A stretch of 64,000 bases of DNA from the NCBI RefSeq assembly GCF_947568905.1, contig NC_079170.1:12214001-12278000 (forward strand), given 5' to 3'. Shown here piece by piece: positions 48,886 to 61,598 of this stretch; within the stretch, counting starts at the first letter, position 1, and the number at the start of each line of letters is the position of its first letter. The position numbers were made by a program, and so were the translations under genes. The notes under the pieces were generated by a model that did not search any database, was not told where the DNA came from, and saw only the letters and a list, made by a program, of their open reading frames with translations. This DNA is from Ostrea edulis (lineage: Eukaryota).

Positions 48886-49419
48886 GGTCAGTCGAATGTT
48901 TTATCTGTATTTTTCAACTTGAGGTAAACACAACACAGCGTGTTTTCTGTTATCTGACGCTTACTTTGAGTCATTCAAGGTCACACAACACAGCTGTCAT
49001 TCAAGGCCGGATCGACTTGGCTATTATTTTCTCCCTATATGGAGGAGTTAAGAGGTAGAAATTAGTCTGGTTTCATCTCGTCAGTCGTTTGATATCTGAC
49101 CTATCGTGTACATATGATATATCATGCACGGTTAAGAAGTTACGGCGCAACCACTAAACATCACTTACCAGCTTCTCTGTCGACCCTCTTGTATCCGACT
49201 GGATAAATTTATACAGAAATATCAATGTTTTCCCTATATATGCAAACTTCTGAAGGAAATTACCGATCATCCCCACCAAGCTGAAGATAGCGGTCACTAA
49301 CCAGCAGCCAAGAAGAAAATCCATCATAGAAAACCTTATTTTTAAAGGAACATTTGAATTAAGTAATTTGTAATGAAAGGATGGAAGCAAATAGAATTGA
49401 CCACGCATTTCATTTTCGG

Positions 49420-49457
49420 ATTTCTATGCCCCCGAAATCGAAGATCGGGGGGGGGGG

Positions 49458-49493
<36 letters not shown>

Positions 49494-49532
49494 CCTTAAG
49501 CTTTAACCCTGTTAATAACTTTTGAACATTAA

Positions 49533-49571
<39 letters not shown>

Positions 49572-49790
49572 CAAGACCTTTCCTTGGGTACCAACATTTT
49601 TAACCCTGTGACCTTAACCTTGGAGTTTGACTTACTTTTAGAAAACTTTAACCTTGCAAATAAGGTTTGAACAGTAAGTGCTAGAGCTTTGATCTTTTCA
49701 CATGAGTATTCCTTGTGACAAGACCTTCCCGTGGGTACTAAATCTTTTGAAATTAGCATTTGACCTACTTTTAGCTGTTATCTTTGAAGA
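49420..49790 (-). mobile_element. pearl/HINE-like element (inverted)
   Basis: Terminal hairpin tatgcccccgaaatcgaagatcggggg..gcata, a ctgtctgtc microsatellite and two ~150-bp core repeats (gctagagctttgat..cacatgagtattccttgtgacaagacc). Confidence 0.6.
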
Positions 49791-52497
49791 CGAGGTGGAA
49801 GGAACATAAAGGTGAGGTAAAGAAACCCCAAGGCTCTCTTTACCCGCTTTCAGTTTTGGACTATAGTGGTACCGTCGGGTGGGGATGGGGGTTTAGAGAT
49901 CGATTTGAAGTCCCAAGTTTTACTCTACAATGAGAGGAAGGGATAAAGTGTCCATTGGTTGGAGTAGATGATATTTCATGAAATCAAGGAATACCTTCCG
50001 CCTGTATGGGGTTGATATCACAAACCTATTGTCTGAATGACATCAAATACACAATAGCATGGCATCGAGTATTCCTTAGATCCCCACCCCAACCAGTGGA
50101 CACTTTGTCCCCTCGTTGCACCACAGAGTAGAAAGAGGGACTCTAAATCTGTCCCGACCCCAGGAAGCTACCGGGTGGTACCCGTACAGCCCCGAACTGA
50201 AAGTGAGAAATGATAAAACAAGAGAGTTCCTACCTTGTTTCGTTGTTCATTCTGCCTTTTTGTCAAACATTATCGCCACAATAGGCCATGAATAATAGAA
50301 TAGAACCACAAATGAATGATTTTCCCGCCGATCACCTTCATATGTCGTTCTGCATGTTCAGTTTCTACTTTCTGTAATCTTCTGAGATGACCACATGTGA
50401 AAGAAGAAACAAACTATGCGGAACGACGGCGAGGAAATCACATGCTTGTGATAAATTATTGGTTCTACGTTCATTTTTTTCATGGGGTAGAGTACAGGCG
50501 ATTTTATCGCTCGGGTTCGAATTTATCATTAAAGAGTAAAGGTATAGAACTCTAGATATAGGGTACCCAAGTTCGCCGATGTAAAGACAATTTAATCCAA
50601 ATGGTATAAAATTCTACTCTATATTCTAATATATTCATACATAATTAATCTACCATACTACCAAAGTTCATCACGAAATTACGTGAACTTTTCAAGATAT
50701 GCAGAAACGAATTCGGAAAATTTGGTCGCCTTGGCACTATACAACTACACAGAGTGTTTGAGCATTGCAACAAGCTATTACACAGAATGTGCAGCATTAG
50801 ATATCATTTCTAAGTTGAATGTTGTACCCCAATCATAAACAGATATTCGTAATAGCTACAAGAGACTGAAAATTGTAAAATCGTCTGCACTTTCACTTAT
50901 CAGACATTTTGACCGCTGCAACTAATTACCCAAAAAGAAATATAGGAACCATAACGACTTAGAGACTCAAATAATAATTTTATTAATATTATTTCATTAT
51001 AGTACATAAATTATGCTAATAACAAGTCTTTAGAAAGATACAAATGTTTTATTTATTTTTATACATATACCAGACTCGTTCGTGTTTAAATTTGATGTGA
51101 TACAAAGTGTATAATATACCTAGTGTAGACCTAAATCAAATTCAAGTTCAATTATCTAGTTCGATGAAAAGCAAGTTCGACTTAAAAAGTATATGAAACA
51201 GTGGATTCCGAGGATGACTTCCTGTAATTCCTACTCGCCTTGTTCATACATGTAATGACACTTTTGATTTTACAAAATGCTGACCTCCTTATAACATTAT
51301 TGCATACGATATTTTCTTTTTTCATTTCGCGTTTTAGCAACTCCATTGAAAATCGCATGTGTCTGAACACCCCCCTCCTCCCCCCCACAAAATTAATATA
51401 CAATTAAAGTAACATCAGCTGATGAGGAGTCAACAGCACAATCTATATATCTATATAAGTAACACAAGAAGCTGAAAATAATCAAATGAGGCATACTTAT
51501 ATAACACAAACCAAAAAAAAAAAAAAAAAAAAACCCGTTCAGAAAACCCTTTCTTGTGTAAGAATAATAAGTCGGAAAATCATCCGGCAATGATTGCATT
51601 ACATGTATTCCTTTGATGTACCGGTCTAGACCTCTTTAATTTCCGATAGGTTATAATTACCAGTTCACTTCCCATCAACTACGACATAAAACTAAAGAAC
51701 GTCATTCAGTAAGTATATAATACAAGTGTACATCGGAATCCTGGCATAAGCTTTCCTTGACAACCATTACCCGAGGTCGAGGAAGAAATTTGTTCGCAAC
51801 TCTTTGCTGTGATGTTCTAATACACGACATCGAGCAGCGACTAGTCTCCAAAACCAGATCTTATTGGGGGGATATACTCTGATGACAGAAAATATCTTCT
51901 ACCACCAAAAAAAAAAATCTTTAATCACTCAACTGAACGTGGTTCTTGTCCCCTATATTACGTTTTACTTTATATGGATAGGTCTGATTAATTGGACATA
52001 CACAGAGCTGGTCATTTTAGCTGATATTCCTGAATATCCCATGCACGACTTCCCACTACTGGCTATTCCCCACAACAGCGTGTCATGTATACCATAGGCG
52101 ATCTAAATTCTTCATATTCTTGACACTTTCCAAATTTAATTATGTTAATCGTACTCACACTAGATGGTGTGATTTTTAGCACACACACAAGCACAAGGAC
52201 CTGTAGACACATTGATTTTAGATCTCTAATATACCCATCTCTTATCAGAATTTTGGAAACTCCATATAATATATCTTAAAACCAGGCATATTTGCACTTT
52301 ATTTATATATATAAAAAATTGTAATTCCAAGTGAACACACATACAATATGAACAACAGTTTTCATATAATTTGTAAAGTGATGGTGCTTCATATTTTATT
52401 GCATCTTTATCTCTTGATTTTAAATCCCTGTCGATTTCCATTTCGGAATGGATTATGCACACGTGCATGATAATAACAATATAGGGAGTGGAATAAA

Positions 52498-55400
52498 TCA
52501 AGTTTCCAGACTAGACTGTCTTCTAACTTCTTCGTTGTGTGGCTTGTGGCGACAAACAGTCACGGGGACTTCCGAATGGTGTACAATGTAGTCACTAACC
52601 ACGCCCAACATCGTCCTTCGGAGCTTCCCGTGGCCCCGACTTCCACAGACTATAGTATCTGCGCCCATCTCGTTTGCGATCCTCATTACAACTTCTCCGG
52701 GTTTTCCTCCAGATCCGGTTTTGACCTCCCCGTTTAACTGAAAACAAAGGGACGCGACTCATGGTAAAAAGTACACACTAAAAATATACACATTTCATTG
52801 TCTGTTTTCACGACAGACAAGTTCAAAGGGCACTTACAACGAACATTTAAGAAACTAATACACGAGGGCATGGACGGCACATGACGCTTTATATATTTCA
52901 TGAAAAGTATGCTGGTGTGAGGCGTTGTTGTCCATATCATCAACATTAAAATCAATGTTTTTATATTTTACTTCCATTTCTGTCAGAATCCCTAGCCGTT
53001 AGAATAGTCGTACTATATTTATCAAGATTCATACGCACATTGTTCACATTCATGAAGAAATGGTTATCATTTCAATTGGTAAGGATGATTGAAAATGTAA
53101 ATTTATATACAGTGAATGAATGTGGCTTTTGTTTGTAAGTACATGCACCTTGCTTACACGAGTTTTGTTGTACATTTAATACACGACATTCACATCTTGC
53201 TAGCTCCATGTATTATACGCTGAATACAAGTTCGACAATCGGCTGCCACCTGATGTATACAGGTTTGTATCAATTAAGGAAATACTGGAAACTATGTTTG
53301 AGAATATATAGTGAAAACACCCACCCCGTTTTCTTTTAACAGGGCATTCAATTTGACCACCAGCTTCTTTTCTGTTTCCTCTTCCTCTTCCAGTACTTTA
53401 CAAAGAGCGTGTACGTCGGCCGTTCCCATGGCTACAAAACAGATGAAAATAGTTCCTGCTTTGATTTCAAGTATGAACTAGATATCAAGCCCTATAACTA
53501 AAACTGGACAAACCAGGAAGAATCGCACTACATTATACAGCTAATTAAATAATCCAGGCCTATCATTTACATGTATTTAAACCATTCAAATCTCTCTCGC
53601 TCTTCTCTCTCTCTCTAAACAGCTTACCACTTTGTAAACAAATTCGTATGTGGTAAATGGTATCATCGCTAGCATTCCAGTTTTCAAACAATATGATAAA
53701 AAAGTATCTAAATATGGTGTTGATGTGCATTGTATAGACTGTGGTAGACGGAAAACTGAGCAAATGGTGGGAGGAACAGTTAAATTTACCATGTTCATAG
53801 AGTACAAATGTGGTGCAAAAACAAATGGAATAAGCAAACAAGATCAAATTTCTTATCAAGAAAATAACAAGAAAAAGAAAACACTATATACACAGGTAAA
53901 TGTTCAATCATGAAAAATGGAAAATAGCAAACAGTGACCGATCTCCTCATACCCACATAAGATATAAAATTGAAAATAGGAAAAAAGTCATCCCGTTTAT
54001 CATAAAGTTGAGTTGTTGTTTACCGTTAACGTTTATGTTTAACAAAATATCCAAATATAAAGCAGATATAGAAGACTATGTGGTGTCTTTTATTTCGAGT
54101 TTGATGAGATAGATCGAATTGACATATGAATGAAAATCAGTATCACCAATAGATAAAACGTCGTCGATACACCTAAATGTCAAGTTGAAGGCCACAGCAA
54201 GATATGTTTTCTTCTCATGCAAAAGTTTCTGAATATATTCTGCCTCAAACGAATACAAAAACAGATCAACTAATAAAGGAGCTTAATCCGTGCACATGGG
54301 AATTCCAACATACTGTTGAAAGACGTTTATTTATGCGTGCCGTAAAAATGAACTGAAATAATTCGCACCAATACTGTCCTATACCTAACCACCAAGTTTA
54401 TATTAAACGGGAACCACTGCTACATAAAGATAAATTTAAGTAAGAAGAAATTGAAGGTACGAGTACAGAGTACATGGTATGCATTGGACAGAGCTTCTGT
54501 TCGAGACGTGTTGTCGGCATTGATAGTGTTGTGGAGAGAGTTGTACATCATGTCCAGCCCATTAGAAAAAATTCACATAAAAATTCGACTTAGTTTATAC
54601 CAGTTAAACACACCATTGAAAACAGTATATGTAACAGAGTTTACGAGGTCTAGCAGACTAACCGGTCTGGAACGGTTCGTGACGTAGTCGTTCTATGCTG
54701 TACACGATGATAACAAGATCGTTTGGTTTCCGGATATTGTCTAGGTACCCTGCAAGAACAATAACAAAGAAAAACATTTCTAAAATGCGTATTCTATGTG
54801 TAATAATACATGGCTACGTTTACGGGTGTTTTGCATTTACAACATGTACAGCATGCAATATTTGAAGTGTTGCTCACGTACGATATTCGTGGACGTGATC
54901 ACCATTCTAGATATCGTAAATTACCAATCGTAATTAATTAGTTTATATGTTTTAGAACTGTGCATCGAAATATAATGTCCATGATACCTTGGCACGTGTT
55001 TGTCATGTCGATTTGAGAAGCTAAGGAATTGGGTTATTATACCTGTTATCGGGTCTCCGTGTTTACCTTTCCTATTTGAATTAATTGTATGCAGGTTTGT
55101 GGAACTTCTTGAGAGGTTAGATCGAAGTTAATATTAATTGAAAAAAACATTCATTACGTAACACGATGGAATATTGAATTTCTTTTCCGTTTTGAATGTT
55201 GTTTTCAGAACGAGATAATGTTGCTCTGGTTACACATGTACTGTCCGGGCCGAACAGATTGTGTGACAGCGTTTTACTGCAGTATATCTAATTAAGCAGT
55301 GAGATATTGAGGTGTGACGTCCTCTGCTGATAAAACATGCTCCTAACGTGCAATCTGCGTGTCTCGTGTATCGATTGTATTCTTTATACATGTAAGGAGC

Positions 55401-56026
55401 TTGTCTTTATAACGTGCGACATCACCAAGAGCTGCATGTAGAGGATTCCTTGTAATTAATTATCCATTAATCATGATAAATGTTAAAAATGTGAAAACTG
55501 CGCAACTGAGGAGGTGCGCACCGACTTTTGGAACACGCTAGAAGTACATGTTTTAAGAGTTCCTCAAATATACTTATATGTATGAATAACACTTAATTGC
55601 ATTAATTTATTCCTTGTATGAGAAAGAGTGGTATTTCCGAGCTATTTATAGATCTGTATTTGAGTTCCATAGTGGTCTTCGTTGACAACCTGCCACGCGC
55701 AGAACACCACATTTTACAGAAAGTTCAACACTCTGATAACGCGAATATACCTCACACAACGAACGTGTGAACTCCGTGTCAAATGTCAGTGGTTTTAATA
55801 TGACTATAAACGTTCATGTATAGCAAACATCACATATATCCAAACAGGTTAAATTGGACATATACCATATCATAACCACAATCAGAGAACGGTCGACCGC
55901 TGTCAATAATGTCATTGAAACCAATTCACTAAATCAGTGAAAATTCATCTACTTACACTGAAAGGCATATCCAGAATGGTAGCTGCCGTCCATTGCGATT
56001 ACAACGGTTCTGCTGTCCTTCGCCAT
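52498..56026 (-). CDS. Universal stress protein A-like (USP-C), intact, 167 aa; exons 56026-55957, 54749-54663, 53431-53325, 52737-52498
   Basis: MAKDSRTVVIAMDGSYHSGYAFQWYLDNI..AMGTADV..GKPGEVVM..IVCGSRGHGKLRRTMLGVVSDYIVHHSEVPVTVCR. GT-AG introns with phases 1,1,0. Confidence 0.93.
53930..54320 (-). mobile_element. Penelope-like RT fragment in USP-C intron 2
   Basis: ORF 54076..54258 reads LFLYSFEAE..AFNLTFRCIDDVLSI..LEIKDTT, and continues into SSISALYLD..YDKRDDF. Confidence 0.75.
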
Positions 56027-56348
56027 TTCTTTTCTTTCGTATTGTGCGCGTGGTATTCTTAAACTCCTCTACAGAAGCATTTGGTCCTACTCTGCAGTGC
56101 AGCTATATAGTAGTCTTTATCTACGTGGAACTAATGCTATTTGTTTTTCTAGCAATCACAAAAAAAAAAAGTTCGTTTCAGTAGGTCAGGGTAAGCGGAC
56201 GCACATTATCGATAAACATTTAACACATGGATTTTAAATGACACGGCGTGTACTGTTACACAATATGTATGCGCGGGATGACTCAAGCAGTTTGTGTTTC
56301 CTTGGCGGATCCAAATTCTGACAGTGCATTCAGTTTAGTTCATTAAAC

Positions 56349-56473
56349 AATCTGATTAAAATCAGATCCTGGATCCCCTCCTTTTCTTCATCTTTTTCCC
56401 CCCTTGTCGCTACACGAGGTAGCGACAAGATGAGGAAAGAGGAGCGGATCGAGGATCTGATTTTAATCAGATT
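56349..56473. repeat. ~54-bp-arm imperfect inverted repeat upstream of USP-C
   Basis: aatctgattaaaatcagatcct..ttgtcgcta-cacgagg-tagcgacaag..aggatctgattttaatcagatt. Confidence 0.85.
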
Positions 56474-57648
56474 GGTTCATAAAATGAAAGAGTACTCACT
56501 TTACAGGCACAGCAAAGAACAATCTTGAAGGTTTTTTAAAAATCATTTAATCATATAATAAAACAATTATTGCTGTTTTTGAGGTCAATACGATAATTTA
56601 GCCACCTTCGAAGTATTGACCTAAAAAAACAGCAGCAATAATTGTATAATGTACTGAAATTGTATCTTTTTCACTGTATACATGTAGATATACATGTAGC
56701 CATCAATCAAGTCACGTCATATATTTTTGCAAAATCTTTGATTTATTAAACATGGTGCATGCTAGTTCTAAGTGTATCTTTGGTAGGAATTTTATTTCAC
56801 TGGGTACAATAAAAATCTAGCAAACTCTTTGATATTGAATTTTTTTCTTCTATTTCTATCAATGATATTGATTACCTATATTAAAAAATGTCGTCGCTTT
56901 GAGGACGAAAAGGTATGTGTTGGTACTTTCTCTATGTGTCTATTATTAATGTATACTAGCGGTGCAATAATTTACAAAAATAAACAAACTTTAAAAAACC
57001 GAAACACATGCACTTCACAAATCCACAAACAAAAACACAGGTTGGAGGGGGGATTGAAGATCCTAAATAGCAACAAATGGTCATTTTTGTTTTTAAAAAA
57101 GTTCAACAACAAAAAGTCGGGGGGGGGGGTGTCGTTGTTGCAACTCTCGTATATTAGATCCGCCACTTAATTAATGACAATGCAGTTAAAACCTAATAAC
57201 GTCAATCAAATGTTTACAGTGTCAATTAAGAAGTTTGTAATCCGTTCTTGGCAAAATAGTAAAAGTTGATACCTTAGGCGAATGTTATCAAGTCGGGAAA
57301 ATGTAATCCGTTTTGTCAACCTTTAATAATAGAAAATTTATGCATATCCGGAACAAACAGGGGTAAATATGAGGGCTTTCGTTTTCATCGTTTACAATCT
57401 GTTTTTAAACTTTTAAACTTCTTTTACTGTAACGTATTTTGTCTTCATCTCTATTTTCTTCTTTTCCCATGTCTATTAGCTTTGTGATGTGATTTGTTTT
57501 GTACGGTTAGGCCTGTGTGATATAAAAGTCATGTGATACCGCCCCCTTGACTGTCGAATGATGTACTGTTATAGTCAGTATCCACAGTGGCCGGTGTCTG
57601 TATTAGGCTAAAGCATGACATGACATGGTGCATACTACTCACAACGTT

Positions 57649-57679
<31 letters not shown>

Positions 57680-57760
57680 GATAAGTGATGTATGTTACAC
57701 TTCTAGTTGAAATGAATGTTGAAATCTTTTGTACAAGTTGTGTAAATTTCATTAGAAAAG

Positions 57761-58493
57761 CAGGTCCAGTCCAAAGACTATTTCTACCTACGTAGCTATT
57801 AATAGCTACCTAGGTATTTAAACCTACTTAAAGTAGCTATTTCAACCTACTTTTACCTGTTTTTGAAAATATAAATAAATAATAATTAAGGCACATCTTT
57901 TAAACAGGTCAATCGTTTTATGTATCATGTTGTGCATGTGCACAGCAAAATTCGGAGTGTAAATTTGAAAACTTTATGAGGGTGGGGAATGCAGAGGAAA
58001 TGCATGAAAATTCGCCCCAAAAACCTTTAATGTAAAAATGCATGAAAGTAAACTTTAAAATTAATACAGATTTGTAAGACAATTTCTACACTTTTTATCA
58101 CATAGTTTTGATCCTAAGCTCCTAGAAAATGGAACTGGGTGCTGTTATTGATGCAAATTTGAAAGGTTGGAAAGTAATCATTTTTGTCCAATATTTTTGT
58201 GATATTCATCGTCAGTGTAAGTGAATCAAGAAATTTGGTACACACCATATTGCGCCGTTCCTGCATTTGGCCACGAAATGCAAGTAAAGGAAAACGTAGG
58301 TAAAAATAGCTACCTGGAGTAGGTTTAAAAAGTAGGTAAAAATAGCTACCTGGAGTAGGTTTAAAAAGTAGGTAAAAATAGCTACCTGGAGTAGGTTTAA
58401 AAAGTAGGTAAAAATAGCTACCTGGAGTAGGTTTGAATAGCTACGTAGCTGTAAGGAACTACGTAGGTAGAAATAGTCTTTAGACTGGTCCTG
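57761..58493. mobile_element. MITE with ~35-bp TIRs and a subterminal 35-bp tandem array (58300-58440)
   Basis: caggtccagtccaaagactatttctacctacgtag versus ctacgtaggtagaaatagtctttagactggtcctg. aaaatagctacctggagtaggtttaaaaagtaggt occurs about 4 times. Confidence 0.8.
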
Positions 58494-58698
58494 AAAAATG
58501 GTCATGAATGCATATAGCTTAATACGTTATGTAGGATAAAATATCACAGTACTTCACTATATTATTTATGAGAAATATCGTAATACAGCATGATTGATTA
58601 TATATAATGGTTTGACATTGATGCCCATCGGTCATACTATAATATATTTGAAAGGAGAACATTTTGGGCTGGACTGGGAATCAAACCCGGGACCATCT

Positions 58699-59282
58699 AC
58701 ACGCCTGCTAATCGATCAATTGCATAACTAGAGGTTAAGTATAGAAATCAAAAGAGATCGATTTCCGGTTATGCAATCAATACCCAAATTTCACATGCAT
58801 AGATCGTAAATTGGCTCAATGTAAGCAATTGTTGAGATTTTAATTAAAATGTAAGAATGTGATTCGATGAGTAACTCTATTTTCTATTGTTTTACACTCT
58901 TATAAAATACAAGGGTCATCGATCAGTAACAATTTTTGTTCTGAAGCAAGGGTTGGTGGAGCGAAAACACTGTCAGAAAATCGTATTTACCGACAGGAAT
59001 TTGTGTTTCTTTCATTTTAAACATAATTGTCAATACTCACCATTAGTTCGCAGTATTTGCGACCTTTGCAGCAAAATTTGAACTTTGATTTGTGTATTAT
59101 TTAGCAAATATACGATGAAAATGACATCACCTATGCAAGCGATCCAAGAGTTATGAAGAAGAATTTAGGTTATGCATGAGAGTGAGAAAAAAAAAGTTTC
59201 AAAAGTCATAATTTAAGTTATTTAAAAGTAACTGTTAATGTTTTTATGAACTAACCTGCAATTGATCGATTAGCAGGCGTGT
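58699..59282. mobile_element. MITE with 26-bp TIRs inserted into a tRNA-SINE head
   Basis: acacgcctgctaatcgatcaattgca / tgcaattgatcgattagcaggcgtgt, with ct on both flanks. The SINE head halves are at 58670-58698 and 59283-59330. Confidence 0.8.
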
Positions 59283-59449
59283 CTATGCATTACTAGTCAG
59301 GTGCCCTAATCACTGACCTACCCAGACCGATATCCACAGTCCATATCGTGCTAACTACTTCATTTTCCTCCTTAAATTGTCTTTGCCCTTGAAGATGCAC
59401 AACCCAGAGTCTTTTAGCCCCTGGCAGGATTTTCACCTGCAAGTTCAGG

Positions 59450-59855
59450 CAGTGCTGGAAACTAACTTTTTATGTCACCAGTCCAGCCGGACTAATAGAG
59501 TATAATTTCAACCTGTCCACAGAAAAAATTAACAGTTCACCAGAGTTTTCCAGAAATAATTGAATATATTTCGTTAATGTTATTAAAATAAAATAATGGA
59601 ATTTAACTTATCAGATATGTCTCAGACAATATTGTAACACTTATTAAATGTGAGATTTATAGTTACTAATCGGGTTCATTTGACATCTACAGAGGAATGC
59701 CAAATGAGTGTTTAAGATTCCATTTAAGCATGTTTCTAGAATAACGTTTTAGAAAATTGACCAGTCCCATCGGACTGACTAAAACAAATGTCAATCAGTC
59801 CGCCAGACTTTTCACCAGTCATGGACTGATGGGCATATGTTAATTTCGAGCCCTG
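59450..59855 (-). mobile_element. Second copy of the ~407-bp CAG..CTG element, 5-bp TSD (tcagg)
   Basis: tcagg|cagtgctggaaactaac...aatttcgagccctg|tcagg. Reverse complement of 29339-29745. Confidence 0.85.
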
Positions 59856-61598
59856 TCAGGGGGTGGTCAACAACCCTGAATGTAACTGGAAAAGGAGAAA
59901 ATGCAGTGGACCAGACTGGGATTCAAACTCGGGTCTCCTGAATTTCTAGTCTGAAGTCAGGTGCTCCAACTAAGCTTTCTGGCCAGCAGCGATCGAACCC
60001 GTCTGGCATCATTCTACCCTCCTGAATCATGGCTGAATCGGAAATCAAGCATGGGACTCCTGCATTACTAGTCAAGTGCTCTAACCACTGAGCTACCCAG
60101 GTCGATATCCATGGTCTATATAGCCCCAAGTATTACAATAGGTGTATATATTATGGTTGCAAATTCTTTGAAAATTCAAGAGTGGTTTTTGGGATTTCAT
60201 CGAAAAAAACTTTTAGAAGCAAGCACACATTGGAGAACCCCACAGTTATTGTTATTCCATATTCTGTTACCAGTGATTGGGGGGGGGGGGGGTCCATTCA
60301 GAACTTAAATTAAATTTTTGTGCATTCTTGATGACTAGTAATAACAACATTTTGTCTAATTTAGCCAGTTATAAATACAGTGTATAAAATTATCAAAGAT
60401 TTAAGGTGACTGAAGGCAAGTGTAGAAATTAATTGGTGCACCTTCAAGCAATTTTTAACTACAAGTGTGAGTGGACAATGGCTTAATTACAACCTTGTTT
60501 TAACATGTTTAAAGAAAAATACAGTTTCTTCTGACTTGTGCAGTGTATTGAATTTACTAATTCGGATATTAGCCAGGGTAGCTCGGACAGCGAGTAGTAA
60601 TGCAAGATTTGTAGGTTCAGCTTTTGTCCAGTCCTAGATTTCCACCTATTGGGTATTCAACAGCAAGAACTACAACATGAGGAATCAATCTATTGCTACA
60701 TTCTTGCATTTGGTTTTGGAAATCTAAAATTATACTAATATAGCAAAAAATTGTAATATTAAATAACGGGGGTGGGGGGATTGAATACCTTATAGATTGG
60801 CATCCTCATGTCACAACTCACTGAACTAACTAGATTGCAGGAAAATCTACCAGAAGAAGGGTTTTATATATGTATAATTCAATCTGTTAATTTATATGTC
60901 TAAATGAAATACACAAGTTTTAGCTCAAGTTAGCTTACTTACAGCTTTATTCGAACTTTATGTTTGGTATCCATATTCAGTTACACATCGTTTTGCTGGT
61001 TTTAAAAATCAGAGGGTTAGCTTATACTCGGATAACACGACATCTGTCAAGAGGGAACCAACACACGTATCGACACTTCACGCAAGTTATGTCCCTTGTC
61101 TGCCATCTCCGGCTTTAAAAGTAATATTTCCTTACGTTTGCCTTATGTATAGCTTTGACATTTGATATTACTCTATCAATTGCAGTCAACTACAATAATG
61201 CTCCAGGGTGGGACAACCCATAAACCTGTATAAAAACTTAATAGTTAGTTGGTAGGGTACGGAAGGAAAACTTGATTTTTCACTGATTGACCTTTGGCTG
61301 ACCCCCACAAATGGACGTAACTCACGGCAAATTGTTAATATGTGTATTAAACAAGCTTAGTGAGAGTTTTAGAACAATTTTGCTCGTCTTATCAACATTT
61401 TCCTCAATTATGGATGAGTAGTTCCATACTAAGCTCATGTTATTCTCTGACCTGCCTGTAACTAGTATTTGTGTGATTTATCTATTATTGCATGAAATTT
61501 TGCATTTCCTACTACGTGTAATGGACACAATATTATTTGTTTCATTATGAATGTCTGATTACAAAATTAATACCTTTTCCAGGTTTTGAATTGCCTAA

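Noticed and set aside
49154-49408. GPCR TM1-like motif (IFSLVGMIGNFL) in an 84-aa ORF
   Set aside because: Only one hydrophobic segment and no further TM exons nearby.
49880-50165. Degenerate ~75-bp inverted repeat pair
   Set aside because: Too diverged to define ends or a TSD. Most likely an old fold-back element.
13051-56026. Bacterial contamination or recent horizontal transfer, suggested by USP, YqaJ and Dam-like domains
   Set aside because: The USP and YqaJ genes have spliceosomal introns. The MT-like and YqaJ domains are standard cargo of eukaryotic transposons. The context is uniformly animal.
5400-60110. tRNA-like A/B-box sequences at ~5.4-5.5, 6.6, 7.5, 28.05, 47.1, 47.5, 58.7 and 59.9-60.1 kb
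   Set aside because: They continue into repeated SINE bodies and lack a complete cloverleaf, so they are SINE heads, not tRNA genes.
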